From the NCBI GenBank assembly GCA_963777505.1, contig CAVZQN010000011.1:64001-128000 (forward strand): a stretch of DNA of 64,000 nucleotides, given 5' to 3'. A model generated the notes under the pieces. The model saw only the letters and a list, made by a program, of their open reading frames with translations. It made no database searches and was not told where the DNA came from. A program made the translations under genes and the position numbers. Positions 1 to 10,529 of the stretch are shown piece after piece (positions within the stretch are counted from its first letter, which is position 1; each line of letters starts with the position of its first letter). The stretch comes from an uncultured bacterium (lineage in GTDB: Bacteria > Acidobacteriota > HRBIN11 > JAKEFK01).

Positions 1-590
1 ATGCATCTGAAACCGTTCTCAGTTCGTACAAAAATCGAATTGAAAAAAGCTGGATCCGTGACGAACTATGGAAAGTGCGAAATTTTCATCAGCCATATGA
101 AAAAGGATTTTGGATCGGAATGGTGCACACTGCATTGCAGTTTGTGACAGGCGGTAGAGGTTTAATTGATCCATGGAAAGCAAAGGCTGGCCATGAAGAG
201 ATGAAAAAAATCTCGGAATATTATGGTTCGAATCCGCCAGATGCTTTTGCCTTAAAAGTAAAAGAAGACAAGCAGCTTACATTTGCAAAACTTACAGATG
301 TTTATTTTTCAGGCACGATTCATGAAGAAAATCAGCCAGTACATTTAAAAGTTAGGGATCTAAACATTTGTCATAATCAATGTGTTGTGGAATATGGAAA
401 TCCCTGTCAGCACTTTTGTCCGGCAAATGTTTATGAAATGGTGGAAGAAAAACCTGGCGAAGGGAAGCGTTTGCGAATCAATGCCAGCAACTGCGTTCAT
501 TGCAAAACGTGTGACATCATGGATCCGTATGCGATTATTGATTGGGTGACACCCGAAGGCGGCGGCGGACCGAATTATAAAAACCTGTAA
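1..590 (+). CDS. Electron transfer flavoprotein-ubiquinone oxidoreductase (ETF-QO/FixCX-like), 5'-partial
   Basis: Frame open from base 3. C-terminal ETF-QO motifs: H-EENQPVHL, CQHFCPANVYE, NCVHCKTCDIMDP, WVTPEGGGGPNY. Confidence 0.9.
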   Translation, partial: ASETVLSSYKNRIEKSWIRDELWKVRNFHQPYEKGFWIGMVHTALQFVTGGRGLIDPWKAKAGHEEMKKISEYYGSNPPDAFALKVKEDKQLTFAKLTDVYFSGTIHEENQPVHLKVRDLNICHNQCVVEYGNPCQHFCPANVYEMVEEKPGEGKRLRINASNCVHCKTCDIMDPYAIIDWVTPEGGGGPNYKNL

Positions 591-595
591 ACGAT

Positions 596-710
596 TTTTT
601 TTAACGCAGAGTACGCCGAGTAATTTTTGGATTTATCTCAGCGTACTCGGCGTTAAAAAAGTGCGCCTACAAACACAAAGGACGCAGAATTTCTTCTGCG
701 TCCCTTGTTG
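596..710. repeat. Two imperfect hairpins between convergent genes (REP-like / bidirectional terminator)
   Basis: ttttttaacgcagagtacgccgag...ctcagcgtactcggcgttaaaaaa and aggacgcagaa-tttc-ttctgcgtccc. The core cgcagagtacgccgag recurs at about 16114. Confidence 0.65.
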
Positions 711-745
711 AATCCCCCCTAATTACTAGTTCCAAACGTGGAGCT

Positions 746-1171
746 TTAACTATTCCGAAACAAATTCTGAATTGTATCTAGTATAGCTTGCATGGTAACA
801 GGCTTTATCAATGTGGAATTTATGAATGAAGATTGTTCGATTTCTTCACTACCCATTCCTGTTAGCAAAATGATCTTTGCTTCAGGATTCATTTCCCGGA
901 GCTTCTCAGCAAGTTCATGGCCTTTCATATCCGGCATTAAATTATCTGTAATGACCAGATCTACTTCATTGGACTGATACATTTTTACAGCGTCAGCCCC
1001 TCGAGCTGCTGCGAACGTGGTATGCCCGAACCATGCGAGAATCGCTACCATCGCTTCGCGAATTGTATCGTCATCATCTACAAATAAAATCCGCAGCGGT
1101 GATATCGTTTTCTGCTCAAAATCTTCCTGATCCGCATTTGATGACACTGAATAGGTTGTTTGTACCTGCAT
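746..1171 (-). CDS. Stand-alone response regulator receiver protein
   Basis: ILFVDDD, DLVITDNLMPDMKG, LLTG, IKP. Start placed at MQVQ (1171), just after the upstream ORF stop. Confidence 0.85.
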   Translation of the reverse strand: MQVQTTYSVSSNADQEDFEQKTISPLRILFVDDDDTIREAMVAILAWFGHTTFAAARGADAVKMYQSNEVDLVITDNLMPDMKGHELAEKLREMNPEAKIILLTGMGSEEIEQSSFINSTLIKPVTMQAILDTIQNLFRNS

Positions 1172-1173
1172 AA

Positions 1174-1380
1174 TTATCCCTGTTGCTCCTGTCGCACTAC
1201 CGCGGTCCATGTTTCACCTGCCAATTCTGCTTCTGCTTCCTTCACAATTGCTTCCATGGCAGCTGCTAATGTCATTCGATCCCAAGTTACTGAACCATCT
1301 TCAACCGATACAACCCGAAATTGTTTTTCCAGCTCATATGCGGCTTTTAACTTCTGCATTTCCATCTTCCTCCTCTCCAA
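1174..1380 (-). CDS. Small hypothetical protein; start may be the ATG near 1365
   Basis: 68-aa ORF between a sigma-54 promoter and the receiver gene. GGAGAGGAGG RBS-like sequence precedes MEMQK. Confidence 0.55.
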   Translation of the reverse strand: MERRKMEMQKLKAAYELEKQFRVVSVEDGSVTWDRMTLAAAMEAIVKEAEAELAGETWTAVVRQEQQG

Positions 1381-1394
1381 TCAATATTCCCTTT

Positions 1395-1410
1395 AGCAAG
1401 AGGTATGCCA
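1395..1410 (-). promoter_or_regulatory. Sigma-54 (-24/-12) promoter
   Basis: Minus strand reads TGGCATACCTCTTGCT, exact GG-N10-GC spacing. TGT-N11-ACA site upstream at 1526-1542. Confidence 0.8.
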
Positions 1411-1553
1411 GGGATTCCAATCGGTGTATATCGTCGATACGTTGTATGTGAACGGGAAGAGATCAGCGTATTGAAAAGCAACAGATGCAGCGTAAGTCTA
1501 TATGGGTCAGCTAATTACAGGTAGATGTATAAAAAACGAACAGGCAACTGGGG

Positions 1554-2231
1554 TTAGTTTTTGAGAAACTTCAAGTCAGGTTGCGGCCAGGTGATTACGA
1601 GACCACGGCCAACACCGGCTGCGACTTTTTCGCCGTACAGCAAATGGACTAAATACATTGCGACATCATAGCTTTTCGCGCCGCCTTGTGAGGTAAGAAA
1701 TTTACCGTCCTGCACAAAGGAATAATTTTCCAGCGTTAACACTTTTGGAAAGTGTTTGCGAAATGCTTCTACATCAGCGGGGAATGTCGTTGCCTTTTTT
1801 CCATTCAATAGACCTGTATTGGCAACGATGAAAGCGCCATCACAGAGTGTCACAACATATTGAGCTTTTTCGGAAGTATCTTTAACCCATTGTTTCAGTT
1901 CATCGTTTTTCAGATCGGAACTCATGTTGTGTTCTGCGCTCGGAACCACAAGGACATCAATCTGAGGAGCATTTCGTATGCTGTAGTGAGTTTCCAAACG
2001 CAGACCTTCAAATGTCGTGACAGGTTGGCCATTCAGAGAAACAGTAAAGACACGCATGCCAGGTTTTGTATGAAAGACAGTGTGATGAAAGATGTCATAT
2101 GGGGCCACTAGTTCTGAGTTGTAAACATGATCTAAAACCAAAAACCCTACTTGCATCGGCTGTTTTTCTGCAGCAAAACCGCTCATGCAAAACAGCATTA
2201 ACAAAATGGAAAAGACGAATCTCTGCGTCAT
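1554..2231 (-). CDS. DJ-1/PfpI family protein with signal peptide
   Basis: N-terminal hydrophobic signal, ELVAPYDIF, nucleophile elbow TLCDGAF, GKKATT. Confidence 0.85.
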   Translation of the reverse strand: MTQRFVFSILLMLFCMSGFAAEKQPMQVGFLVLDHVYNSELVAPYDIFHHTVFHTKPGMRVFTVSLNGQPVTTFEGLRLETHYSIRNAPQIDVLVVPSAEHNMSSDLKNDELKQWVKDTSEKAQYVVTLCDGAFIVANTGLLNGKKATTFPADVEAFRKHFPKVLTLENYSFVQDGKFLTSQGGAKSYDVAMYLVHLLYGEKVAAGVGRGLVITWPQPDLKFLKN

Positions 2232-3229
2232 TGCGGTTCAGCGGACCGTAAAAATTCAGTTGCTTCTTCCGGCGGAACGGGATTGATATAAAATCCGGTT
2301 CCCCATTCAAATCCAGCAACGTTGGACAATTTCGGAATAATCTCAATATGCCAGTGAAAATACTCGCCTGTATTTTCATAAAAAGGAGAGGAATGAATCA
2401 TCATGTTGTATGCAGGCACCTCAAGCGTCCTATCCATTTTCGATAAGACTGATTTCAAGAGTTTCGCAAGCTGCTCAAATTGTTGTTTCTGTCCATCCTC
2501 AAAAAAAGCACTATGTTGTTTTGGCAGAATGATCATTTCAAAAGGAAAGCGTGAAGCAAAAGGAGCAAGCGCTATAAATGAATTATTCTCTTCGATAATT
2601 CTTGAACCCTCTTCTTTTTCTTGTTGAATGATGTCGCAATATACACATCGTTCCTTGTAATTGAAATATCCTTTTGCACCGGAAATCATTTCTGCAGTTC
2701 TTTTTGGCACAATTGGGAGTGCAATCAGCTGCGAATGGGTATGTTCGAGCGATGCTCCTGCCGCTTCTCCTTCATTTTTAAAGATCATAATGTAACGCAA
2801 CCGCTTATCTTTCTTTAAATCCAAAACGCGATCACGATAGGCCCAAAATACGTTTTCAATATCTTGATCCGACATTTTTGAAAGTGTCATGTCGTGTTGT
2901 GGAGATTCTACGATCACTTCATGTGCGCCGATGCCGCTCATGCGGTCGTAAATTCCTTCGCCTTCACGGCTAAGCGTACCTTCGATTTGAAGCGCCGGAT
3001 ATTTATTGGGCACTACGCGAAGCGTCCAACCGGCCGCATCTTTTGCAGAACCATTGTTGCGGTATGCAAGCACTTCGGAAGGTGTGTGTGTTTCATTCCC
3101 TTCGCAAAAAGGGCAGAAGCCTCCTTTGCGCTCAACATCATACTTTCCATTTGCAAGCGGACGCTTTCCTCGTTCTGTAGAGATGATCACCCAGCGCCCT
3201 AACACAGGATCTTTTCGTAACTCAGGCAT
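2228..3229 (-). CDS. galT: Galactose-1-phosphate uridylyltransferase (GalT/HIT family)
   Basis: MPELRKDPVLGRWVII, CPFCEGNE, VVPNKYPAL, GASLEHTHSQ (HxHxQ), GFEWGTG. Start trimmed to MPEL. Confidence 0.92.
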   Translation of the reverse strand: MPELRKDPVLGRWVIISTERGKRPLANGKYDVERKGGFCPFCEGNETHTPSEVLAYRNNGSAKDAAGWTLRVVPNKYPALQIEGTLSREGEGIYDRMSGIGAHEVIVESPQHDMTLSKMSDQDIENVFWAYRDRVLDLKKDKRLRYIMIFKNEGEAAGASLEHTHSQLIALPIVPKRTAEMISGAKGYFNYKERCVYCDIIQQEKEEGSRIIEENNSFIALAPFASRFPFEMIILPKQHSAFFEDGQKQQFEQLAKLLKSVLSKMDRTLEVPAYNMMIHSSPFYENTGEYFHWHIEIIPKLSNVAGFEWGTGFYINPVPPEEATEFLRSAEPQ

Positions 3230-3281
3230 AACTACCTTTCCCCCAAATATACCTTCTAATATGTCGCGTATCAGCATCTCA

Positions 3282-3310
3282 GTAGGGGCGGGTCTAAGAC
3301 CCGCCAGTAC
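3282..3310. repeat. GTAG-type REP palindrome
   Basis: gtaggggcgggtctaagacccgcc. Related copies at 11941, 42223 and 58575. Confidence 0.7.
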
Positions 3311-3678
3311 TAAAATGCATGGCGGATCCATTCAATTTCTGCTTTCATCGCGTCGTCAAGAACAATACTGATCACATCAAAACGGATTTCTCTTCCGCTG
3401 AACCTGCGATGCTGAATGTACTGACGCGCAGCCACCTTTAGGTTCTTTCGTTTTTTGAACCGTACGTTTTCCCAGGGCTGAGCGTAGTTTGAATCGCTTC
3501 TGGTCTTTACTTCAACAAAGATAAGAAAATTCTTATCCTCAGCAACAATATCAATTTCTCCACCGCGAACAGAATAATTCCGATCCAGGATCTTTAGTTT
3601 TTGTTTTTTTAAGAAATGGCAAGCCTGATCTTCTCCAAAACGGCTCAAATCGAAAGGCTCAACTAGACTTTTTTCCAT
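3310..3678 (-). CDS. yraN: YraN family (UPF0102) endonuclease-like protein
   Basis: GEDQA, RNY...GEIDIVA, FVEVKTR, RFDVISI. Confidence 0.9.
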   Translation of the reverse strand: MEKSLVEPFDLSRFGEDQACHFLKKQKLKILDRNYSVRGGEIDIVAEDKNFLIFVEVKTRSDSNYAQPWENVRFKKRKNLKVAARQYIQHRRFSGREIRFDVISIVLDDAMKAEIEWIRHAF

Positions 3679-5048
3679 CGGGTTCCGGAAGGAGTATCTT
3701 CTAAGACAATTCCCTGATTTCTTAGCATATCTCGGATTTCATCGGAAGTCTTAAAGTCCTTCCGCCTTCTTGCTTCATTCCTTTTTTCAATCCAACTTTC
3801 GACTTCGTCCGAAACGGAATCTTCTGGAAAACTAACGACATCAAGAATCTGATCCATTTTCCGAATTGTGGCACGGATTAAATTCGCATCATCTGCCAAA
3901 AGTGAGCCTGAATCGGCAAGTTTATTCACATCTCGGATCAATTCAAATAATGAGGCAAGAGCCCCGGATACATTCAGGTCATCATCCAATGCAGATTCAA
4001 AATTACGGATGGCATTTTGTGTAAGTGTTTCAACTTCTGGAGATTTGCCTGCAGAGAATGAATCATTTTTAAGACGATAGAGAAAATCGCGCAGACGGCT
4101 CAATGATCCAGTCGCTTGCTGAAGTGTGGCCTCTCCGAAGCTGAGTTGTTTCCGGTAATGAACAGAGATCAACATGTAACGCAAAACAAGTGGATCATGA
4201 CCTTCTTCAATTAAGTCTCGAACGGTGTAGAAGTTTCCTTTTGACTTGGCCATTTTTTCGCCTTCTACAATCAAGTGTGCGCTATGCAGCCAATAATTTG
4301 AGAAAGGCCCTTCCAGATAACTTTCACTCTGTGCGATCTCATTTTCATGGTGCGGAAAAATGTTATCGACTCCACCTGCATGGATATCCAGCGGATGTCC
4401 CAAATACTTTACGGACATTGCTGAACATTCGATGTGCCATCCAGGACGTCCATCGCCAAAAGGTGAAGGCCAGAAATCTTCGCCTTCTTTGCGTCCTTTC
4501 CAAAGCACAAAATCTTTTGGACTTTCTTTGCTATAGTCATCTGAATCCACACGATATCCATCAATCAGACCTGAAGCGTCGATACCTGAAAGTTTTCCAT
4601 AACCTGGAAAAGAAGTAATTCTGAAATAAACCGAATCATGAGCTTGATACGCATGCCCCTTTTCTAAAAGTTTTTGAGTGATTTCGATCATTTCCGGAAC
4701 ATGATCAGTTGCGCGTGGATATTCCTGTGCAGGAACAATTTTCAAAATGTCTCGATCTTCAAAAAATGCTTGAGTATAAATATCGGTATATTCGCGCAAG
4801 CTTAATCCCTGTTTACGTGCTTTCAGAATTGTCTTGTCATCAATATCCGTGATGTTCATAACGTGATGAACATCAAAACCTTTATACGCGAGATATCGCC
4901 TTAAAATGTCTTCAAAAAGAAACGTTCGAAAGTTACCAATATGGGCACGATCATGAACAGTAGGCCCGCAAGTGTACAAGCGCACTTTTTGCGGTTCAAC
5001 TGGTTTGAATTCTTGTAATTGCTGACCGAGCGTATTAAAAAGCTGCAT
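3663..5048 (-). CDS. cysS: Cysteine--tRNA ligase
   Basis: CGPTV, HIGN, NITDIDDK, GRPGWHIECSAM, FPHHENE, KMAKS. Confidence 0.97.
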   Translation of the reverse strand: MQLFNTLGQQLQEFKPVEPQKVRLYTCGPTVHDRAHIGNFRTFLFEDILRRYLAYKGFDVHHVMNITDIDDKTILKARKQGLSLREYTDIYTQAFFEDRDILKIVPAQEYPRATDHVPEMIEITQKLLEKGHAYQAHDSVYFRITSFPGYGKLSGIDASGLIDGYRVDSDDYSKESPKDFVLWKGRKEGEDFWPSPFGDGRPGWHIECSAMSVKYLGHPLDIHAGGVDNIFPHHENEIAQSESYLEGPFSNYWLHSAHLIVEGEKMAKSKGNFYTVRDLIEEGHDPLVLRYMLISVHYRKQLSFGEATLQQATGSLSRLRDFLYRLKNDSFSAGKSPEVETLTQNAIRNFESALDDDLNVSGALASLFELIRDVNKLADSGSLLADDANLIRATIRKMDQILDVVSFPEDSVSDEVESWIEKRNEARRRKDFKTSDEIRDMLRNQGIVLEDTPSGTRWKKV

Positions 5049-6222
5049 TTTCTTGATAACTAAAATTGTGGCTCAGAAGCTTTTCGTAAATCGAAATCAC
5101 TCGTGGCCATGTGTAATATTTTTCAACATATTTTTGCCCATTCACGCCTAAAAGGTGATGGACATGCGGATGAGTGAGCATGTAGTCAATCGATGCAGAA
5201 AATTCATCGTAGTCATTATAAAAGAGTCCCGCATTGCTTTTAATGCAATGATCTTTTAATACTGCACTGTTTTCTCTGACAAGTACTGGAGTTTTGGCGG
5301 CAAAACTCTCCAGCAATAATAAGGAAAGACTTTCCATCACTGAAGGAATAATCGTAAGACTGGCGCCCATCAAAGCTTCCCATTTTTCTTGTTCACTCAA
5401 ATAACCAAGATAAATAATGGATCGGTCACGCGGAAGTTCCATACTTAAATGTCCTGATAGGATCAATAAAGGGAAATCCGGATCATTTCGTTTTTTCCGT
5501 AAATAGAAATCGATGAGCTCATGGCATCCTTTGCCTGCGTCGATTCTCCCGCCATAGTAAAAATAGCTTTCCATCAGGCCTTGCTTCCGTTTGAAAACAC
5601 GTTTGTTGATGTGTGCAGGCGGTTCCACTCCGACACCTGCAACATCTTGAAGCTGTGTTGGTTGAAACATGTTGTGAACGAACTGTCTTTCGCCTTCAGT
5701 GTTATAGATCAACGCGTATGGTTTGGAGAATACCTCGCGGAAAATACCAAGGCGGATTGCCGGTTCATCGTGCGCTGTTGGAACAAGTACGCTCTTCTCC
5801 GGGGCAATTTGAAGTCCATGGTATGCAGGGTAGTACAAATATGTGAAGAAAAGGAGTCTGTCGTAAGAGCGATGCTGTGTCTTCAAAAAATCGATAAGGC
5901 CAGGCGCGAAAGGTCCCTGGTCTTCAAGCCACTTCAGTTCATCGTTAATCGTATGAGGTTTGTAGTAGATTTCTTCCGAAAATTTATTAAACGATTCCAG
6001 ATCGCGAGTCCGTATCGTTGGAAAACGATAGACCGTGACATTGTTAATTGTGCTCCGGCCCTGTGGATATTCATTTTTCCATGAAATGTAATCTTTGGCA
6101 CACGTGGTTAAGATATCGATTTCGTGTCTTCGTGCGAGCCGTTCTGCGATCATACGGCAAAGATGTTCCGAACCACCTGTGATCTCTGGGCCGTATCGTT
6201 GAACGACTATTCCAATTTTCAT
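5035..6222 (-). CDS. GT4 glycosyltransferase (paralog of 8672..9841)
   Basis: VVQRYG...GGSE, GRID.GKG, PSVMESLSLLLLE (E-x7-E). Confidence 0.88.
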   Translation of the reverse strand: MKIGIVVQRYGPEITGGSEHLCRMIAERLARRHEIDILTTCAKDYISWKNEYPQGRSTINNVTVYRFPTIRTRDLESFNKFSEEIYYKPHTINDELKWLEDQGPFAPGLIDFLKTQHRSYDRLLFFTYLYYPAYHGLQIAPEKSVLVPTAHDEPAIRLGIFREVFSKPYALIYNTEGERQFVHNMFQPTQLQDVAGVGVEPPAHINKRVFKRKQGLMESYFYYGGRIDAGKGCHELIDFYLRKKRNDPDFPLLILSGHLSMELPRDRSIIYLGYLSEQEKWEALMGASLTIIPSVMESLSLLLLESFAAKTPVLVRENSAVLKDHCIKSNAGLFYNDYDEFSASIDYMLTHPHVHHLLGVNGQKYVEKYYTWPRVISIYEKLLSHNFSYQENAAF

Positions 6223-6249
6223 AAATTATTCACCACAGTGACGCAAAGT

Positions 6250-7318
6250 TTACAACAAAGGTGAAAGAAATTCTTGAATCGAGTTTTCAATTTCTACGCG
6301 GCTAAAGTCTTTCAGTCGTTCTTTTTGATTTTGAATGATTGCGTCGCGGAATGCAGTATCAGTATCTAGACGATTGCAGATTGCAGCAATATCGCTGTAG
6401 TCTTTCTTTTCAAATTGTATCCCCGCTTTCCCCAGCGTATACGGTACTGCAGTCGCAGCATATGCGACGATCGGCGTCTCACAAATCATAGCCTCAACAA
6501 GAGGAACACAAAATCCTTCATGTTCACTCATGGAGACAAAAACATGCGAGCTCTTATAGTACGCGACCAACTCCGGCCAATCAACATGACCTGCAAAATA
6601 AAACGTCTTCCGGCATCAAGCCAAGCGACATTCGAATTGTAGTCAGTGACGCATAATACTCGGGAATTACATTTGTTTTACCAACCAAAACCAATCGCGC
6701 AGGTTTAATGAAATATTTTTTGTAAAAATAAAGCAGCTTCAGAAGATCTTCTATCTTTTTGTTCGGTGCGATTCTTCCAACAAAAAGGATATTAAAACAT
6801 TCATCATTCATCCTATCCAGAACCATCTGCGATGATGCAACCTGGTATCGTTCTTGTTTTACGTAAATTGGAAGTACGCATGTATTTCGGAAATGCAAAT
6901 TTTCAATTTCCTGGCGATTGTATTCCGAGTCTCCGGCGGATCTTTCTATAAATGGTGCGAGGCTCTCCAGCTCCTTTCTGCCTGCATATGCAAGATGCAG
7001 CAGGGAAGGGTCATACCGAATCCAATAGTGGGCAGGGGTTATGTTGTGATAGATCAGTGCTTTCTTACACGATGCACGTTTGATGAAGTCTGTCATTCCT
7101 GATGGAAGAGCAAAATGATAGATCAGAATGTCGTTGCTGTTTGTTTCAGGCCTTGAATCATTGAAGTTGATCGCTTCACCGGCAAGCGAATCATCAATCG
7201 TATATGCATAGATTTCTGAGGAATGTCCTTGAGTTTGCAGAAAGCGCCGCATTGCGCGCGCGCTATCACCGATCGCGTCGCCATCATGCAATGCGGGAAC
7301 AAGTTGGTGGATCTGCAT
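6250..7318 (-). CDS. GT4 glycosyltransferase, split by a frameshift near 6590 (ORFs 6581..7318 and 6250..6570)
   Basis: N-part has GDAIG, YHNITP, VGRIAPNK. C-part has SEHEGFCVPLVEAM. Together they are colinear with paralog 7329..8492. Confidence 0.85.
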
Positions 7319-7328
7319 TTACAATTTC

Positions 7329-8492
7329 TTACGTTGGTGTTTTGACAGCAGAATTGACTTTGGATTGTTTTGCAAATATTGAAAGCGGCTTTACAACATC
7401 TTTTGTGTAAATTGCCTTTGTGTTTTTCAATAATTCAAGCGCATCGAGAAGCGTTTTTTCAAACGGGAAATTTGCCATGTTATTGAGGCGTTCCAATTGC
7501 GATGTCACTATCTTCTGCCGCAACTCCTTGTTGGAAACAAGTTGGTGGATCATTTCACCGAGAGCGGCAAAATCTTTTTGTTCGTTCGCAATACAACCGC
7601 CTTCGCCGGCAGTATATGGAATTGCGCAATCGCCCCAGGCAAGAACCGGTACTTTCATATGGAATGCTTCCAATAATGGCACACAGAAACCTTCATGTTC
7701 GCTCAAAATCAGCAGGATGTCTGCAAGCCTGTAATATGCGAGCAGTTCTTCAAAAGTGACATGGCCTGTATAAACGACATCTCTTAAACCCAGACGGTTC
7801 GTCATTTCGCGAAGACCATAATAATAACGATCGAAACCATTCCAAAGTCCTACAAAGATCAACCTGCTTACAGGGTTGATATATTTATGGTAGTAAGCAA
7901 AAGCCTTTAAGCTGTCTTCCAGTTTCTTGTTGGGGATGACCCGGCCGACTACTATAATGTTAGTACGATTATCATCGTACTGGCGCACAGTAATGGGGTC
8001 GGATTCCGAGTCAAATTTGTCGAAGTGAAGCTGGATTGGAAGCACGCCTGTGTTTGTGTATCCGGTTTGTTCAAGCTCCTGTCTGTTGTACTCGGAATCG
8101 GCGAGGGAAACAGGACAATAATCCCGCAGCATTTGTAATTGCTGACGCCCCAGCAAACACTGATATGCAAGGATTGTATTGACATCCACAAACCACCTGT
8201 GAGGCGTTATGTTGTGGTAAATCATCAACTTTTTTCCTTTCAGGTGTGGAATCAAATCCCCAAGCGCCGAGCCGATTGAGAAATGGACAATCATCAGAAC
8301 GTTGTCATCTTGTCTTAATGCATATTCATGAATCCCTTTTACATATTTCGCCATTCTGGGGTGAACTACTTCAGAAAAAATCTCGGATTCGTAACCGTTG
8401 GCTCTTAGGATTTTTTGAATCTCAAGTGTGTAGTCCCCGATGGCATCGCCATAACTTAGTGCTGTTAAGAATTGATGTGCTTGAGGTTTCAT
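7329..8492 (-). CDS. GT4 glycosyltransferase
   Basis: GDAIG, YHNITP, DSEYN, VGRVIPNK, SEHEGFCVPLLEA. Confidence 0.9.
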   Translation of the reverse strand: MKPQAHQFLTALSYGDAIGDYTLEIQKILRANGYESEIFSEVVHPRMAKYVKGIHEYALRQDDNVLMIVHFSIGSALGDLIPHLKGKKLMIYHNITPHRWFVDVNTILAYQCLLGRQQLQMLRDYCPVSLADSEYNRQELEQTGYTNTGVLPIQLHFDKFDSESDPITVRQYDDNRTNIIVVGRVIPNKKLEDSLKAFAYYHKYINPVSRLIFVGLWNGFDRYYYGLREMTNRLGLRDVVYTGHVTFEELLAYYRLADILLILSEHEGFCVPLLEAFHMKVPVLAWGDCAIPYTAGEGGCIANEQKDFAALGEMIHQLVSNKELRQKIVTSQLERLNNMANFPFEKTLLDALELLKNTKAIYTKDVVKPLSIFAKQSKVNSAVKTPT

Positions 8493-8509
8493 TCTTTGCG
8501 TCTTCGAAT

Positions 8510-8667
8510 TAGCCCCCGGCGTAAGCCGGGGGTTAAATATGCATTTAGTGATCTAGCCCGCCCGAAGGAGCGGGCGTAAGAGTGTTCATAATAACTGTCT
8601 TTCGCCCGCTTTGAAGCGGGCTGGTTCATTTACTCAATCCATTACCCCCGGCTTACGCCGGGGGCTA
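8510..8667. repeat. ~155-bp nested palindromic element (REPIN/MITE-like), copy 1
   Basis: Terminal hairpins agcccccggcgtaagccgggggt / acccccggcttacgccgggggct enclose inner agcccgcc...gcgggcgtaagagtgttca...cgcccgct.tgaagcgggctggttc. Second copy at 23660. Confidence 0.85.
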
Positions 8668-8671
8668 GCGG

Positions 8672-9841
8672 TTAATTTTTTACTGCGTTCATTAAGTTCA
8701 AGTATTTTTGCTCTATGATTTCCCAGCGATAATTTTCCTGATAAAAGCGGTTCCCATTTCTTCCGAGCCGGGTACGCAGATCCGGATACTTTCGCAAATA
8801 GTCCAAGGAACGTTTAAATTCCTGATAGTCCGTATAAAAAAGGCCGGCATTGCTTCGAATGCTTTGTCCCATTAATACCGGACAATTCGCGTTAGCAAGT
8901 GTTGGTTTGCTCATGCCCCATGCTTCCAGCATCACCATTGATAGACTCTCAAAAAAAGAAGGCATCATGAGAAGTTCACAACCCGCAAGTGCATTAAATT
9001 TGTCATGATCTTCAAGAACTCCGGCTTGAATCACTGAAGGATGATCCGGAAGCTTCATGATTGGAGCTCCGATCAACACCAGTTTTACACTCGATTTGCT
9101 TTCAAGAATGTATCGCGTAAAAAAATCAAACAATTGTTTGCAGCCTTTGTTTTCATCGATTCGACCGATATAGAGCAGGTAAGGGCCATCCAGTTTGAAC
9201 TTTCTACGAAAAGCTTCACCATCTGCTGAAGCCGGCACTTCAGATCCAACTCCAACGACTTCTCCGGGGATGTGATAATTCGAACTTAAGGATTGAATCA
9301 TCCTTCGTTCTTCAACAGAGTTGTAGACAAAAGCGCGAGGAAGGTTAAAAAGATTCTTAAAAATAGAAAATTGCACAATTGCATCTTCTTCTGCTGTTGG
9401 AACAAGCAGGCTTTTATGTGGAACAGTCTGAAGGCCGAAGTAGCTATGATAATAACGGTACGAAAAAAAGATAAAGAAATCATACACATCACGCGAACGC
9501 CGTATATGGCGGATCAATTCCGGCGAATTCGGGCCTTGTTCATCAACCCATCGCAGTTCATCTTCATCTGTATGAGCGTATCTCAACAGTTCTTCTTGAA
9601 GTCTGCCGAAACTCAAAGGGTTCCTTTCTTTTTCAACACGGAAGCGTTTGACTGAAACACCATTAATTTTTTCATTCCCTTCCGGATAATGATTCCGCCA
9701 ACGAATGTAATCTGTGGCACATGTTGTCAGTACGTCCACTTCGGCATGTTTTAAAAGACGTTCAGCTACATAACGGCAATGGAGTTCTGCTCCGCCGCTA
9801 ATATCGAGTCCATAACGTTGTACTACGAATGCAATTTTCAT
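8672..9841 (-). CDS. GT4 glycosyltransferase
   Basis: VVQRYG..ISGGAE, YIGRIDENKG, PSFFESLSMVMLE. Confidence 0.9.
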   Translation of the reverse strand: MKIAFVVQRYGLDISGGAELHCRYVAERLLKHAEVDVLTTCATDYIRWRNHYPEGNEKINGVSVKRFRVEKERNPLSFGRLQEELLRYAHTDEDELRWVDEQGPNSPELIRHIRRSRDVYDFFIFFSYRYYHSYFGLQTVPHKSLLVPTAEEDAIVQFSIFKNLFNLPRAFVYNSVEERRMIQSLSSNYHIPGEVVGVGSEVPASADGEAFRRKFKLDGPYLLYIGRIDENKGCKQLFDFFTRYILESKSSVKLVLIGAPIMKLPDHPSVIQAGVLEDHDKFNALAGCELLMMPSFFESLSMVMLEAWGMSKPTLANANCPVLMGQSIRSNAGLFYTDYQEFKRSLDYLRKYPDLRTRLGRNGNRFYQENYRWEIIEQKYLNLMNAVKN

Positions 9842-9911
9842 TTTGTGTGTATGAGATAAAAACGGGGGCGGTCAATTCGCCGCCCCCAGAAATTCTGGCT
9901 GGAATGCTTAT

Positions 9912-10502
9912 TTATGCCTGCGGCTCCTCCGCGACAGGCGTTCTGGAACCCGGACGTGGGTGCCTGCTTCGCATTTCTCCGGACTGCTCGCGCCGCGGAT
10001 GGCGGGTACGCCGGAAATTTTGATGATTGGCACGTGCATGATCCCGGCTATGCTGAGGTCCTGATCTTCGTTTTATCTGATGCATCTCAACCCGAAGAGC
10101 AGCATTCTTGCCGATTAAATCCTGAATCGACTTCAGGTAAAAATTGTTGAGCAACGAAAGCCGGTTAACCTCATGGGCCAGTGGATCCAGATTAATGAAA
10201 AGTTTGGTGATCGGCTTCAAAATTTTTCGAATTAAGCCGATCAGGCTTCCAACTCCCGGACGGGAGGAGGAATAGAGGGTACGTGGATCATACGGTTCAA
10301 ATACCGTGTGTTGTCGGATTTCATCCACGGTGGAGTCAGGAATTTGAGCTGCTTGTGCAAGTGAAATCAGTTCACTTTTTGCTTCCCTTCTCACTTTCTC
10401 TTCAAGTGTCAATTCGGTGCGGTTACTTGAAGCCGACTGCCGAATTTTCTTCATGATCTCTACCACATCAACTTGATGGGAAGGGATCTTGTTATCCTTC
10501 AT
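9912..10502 (-). CDS. Hypothetical protein with coiled coil and Arg-rich tail, in glycosylation cluster
   Basis: 196-aa ORF with RBS (GAGGAG), co-oriented in the operon. Confidence 0.7.
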   Translation of the reverse strand: MKDNKIPSHQVDVVEIMKKIRQSASSNRTELTLEEKVRREAKSELISLAQAAQIPDSTVDEIRQHTVFEPYDPRTLYSSSRPGVGSLIGLIRKILKPITKLFINLDPLAHEVNRLSLLNNFYLKSIQDLIGKNAALRVEMHQIKRRSGPQHSRDHARANHQNFRRTRHPRREQSGEMRSRHPRPGSRTPVAEEPQA

Positions 10503-10529
10503 AGGGTCTCCTCGTTTAGCCCTTCACTT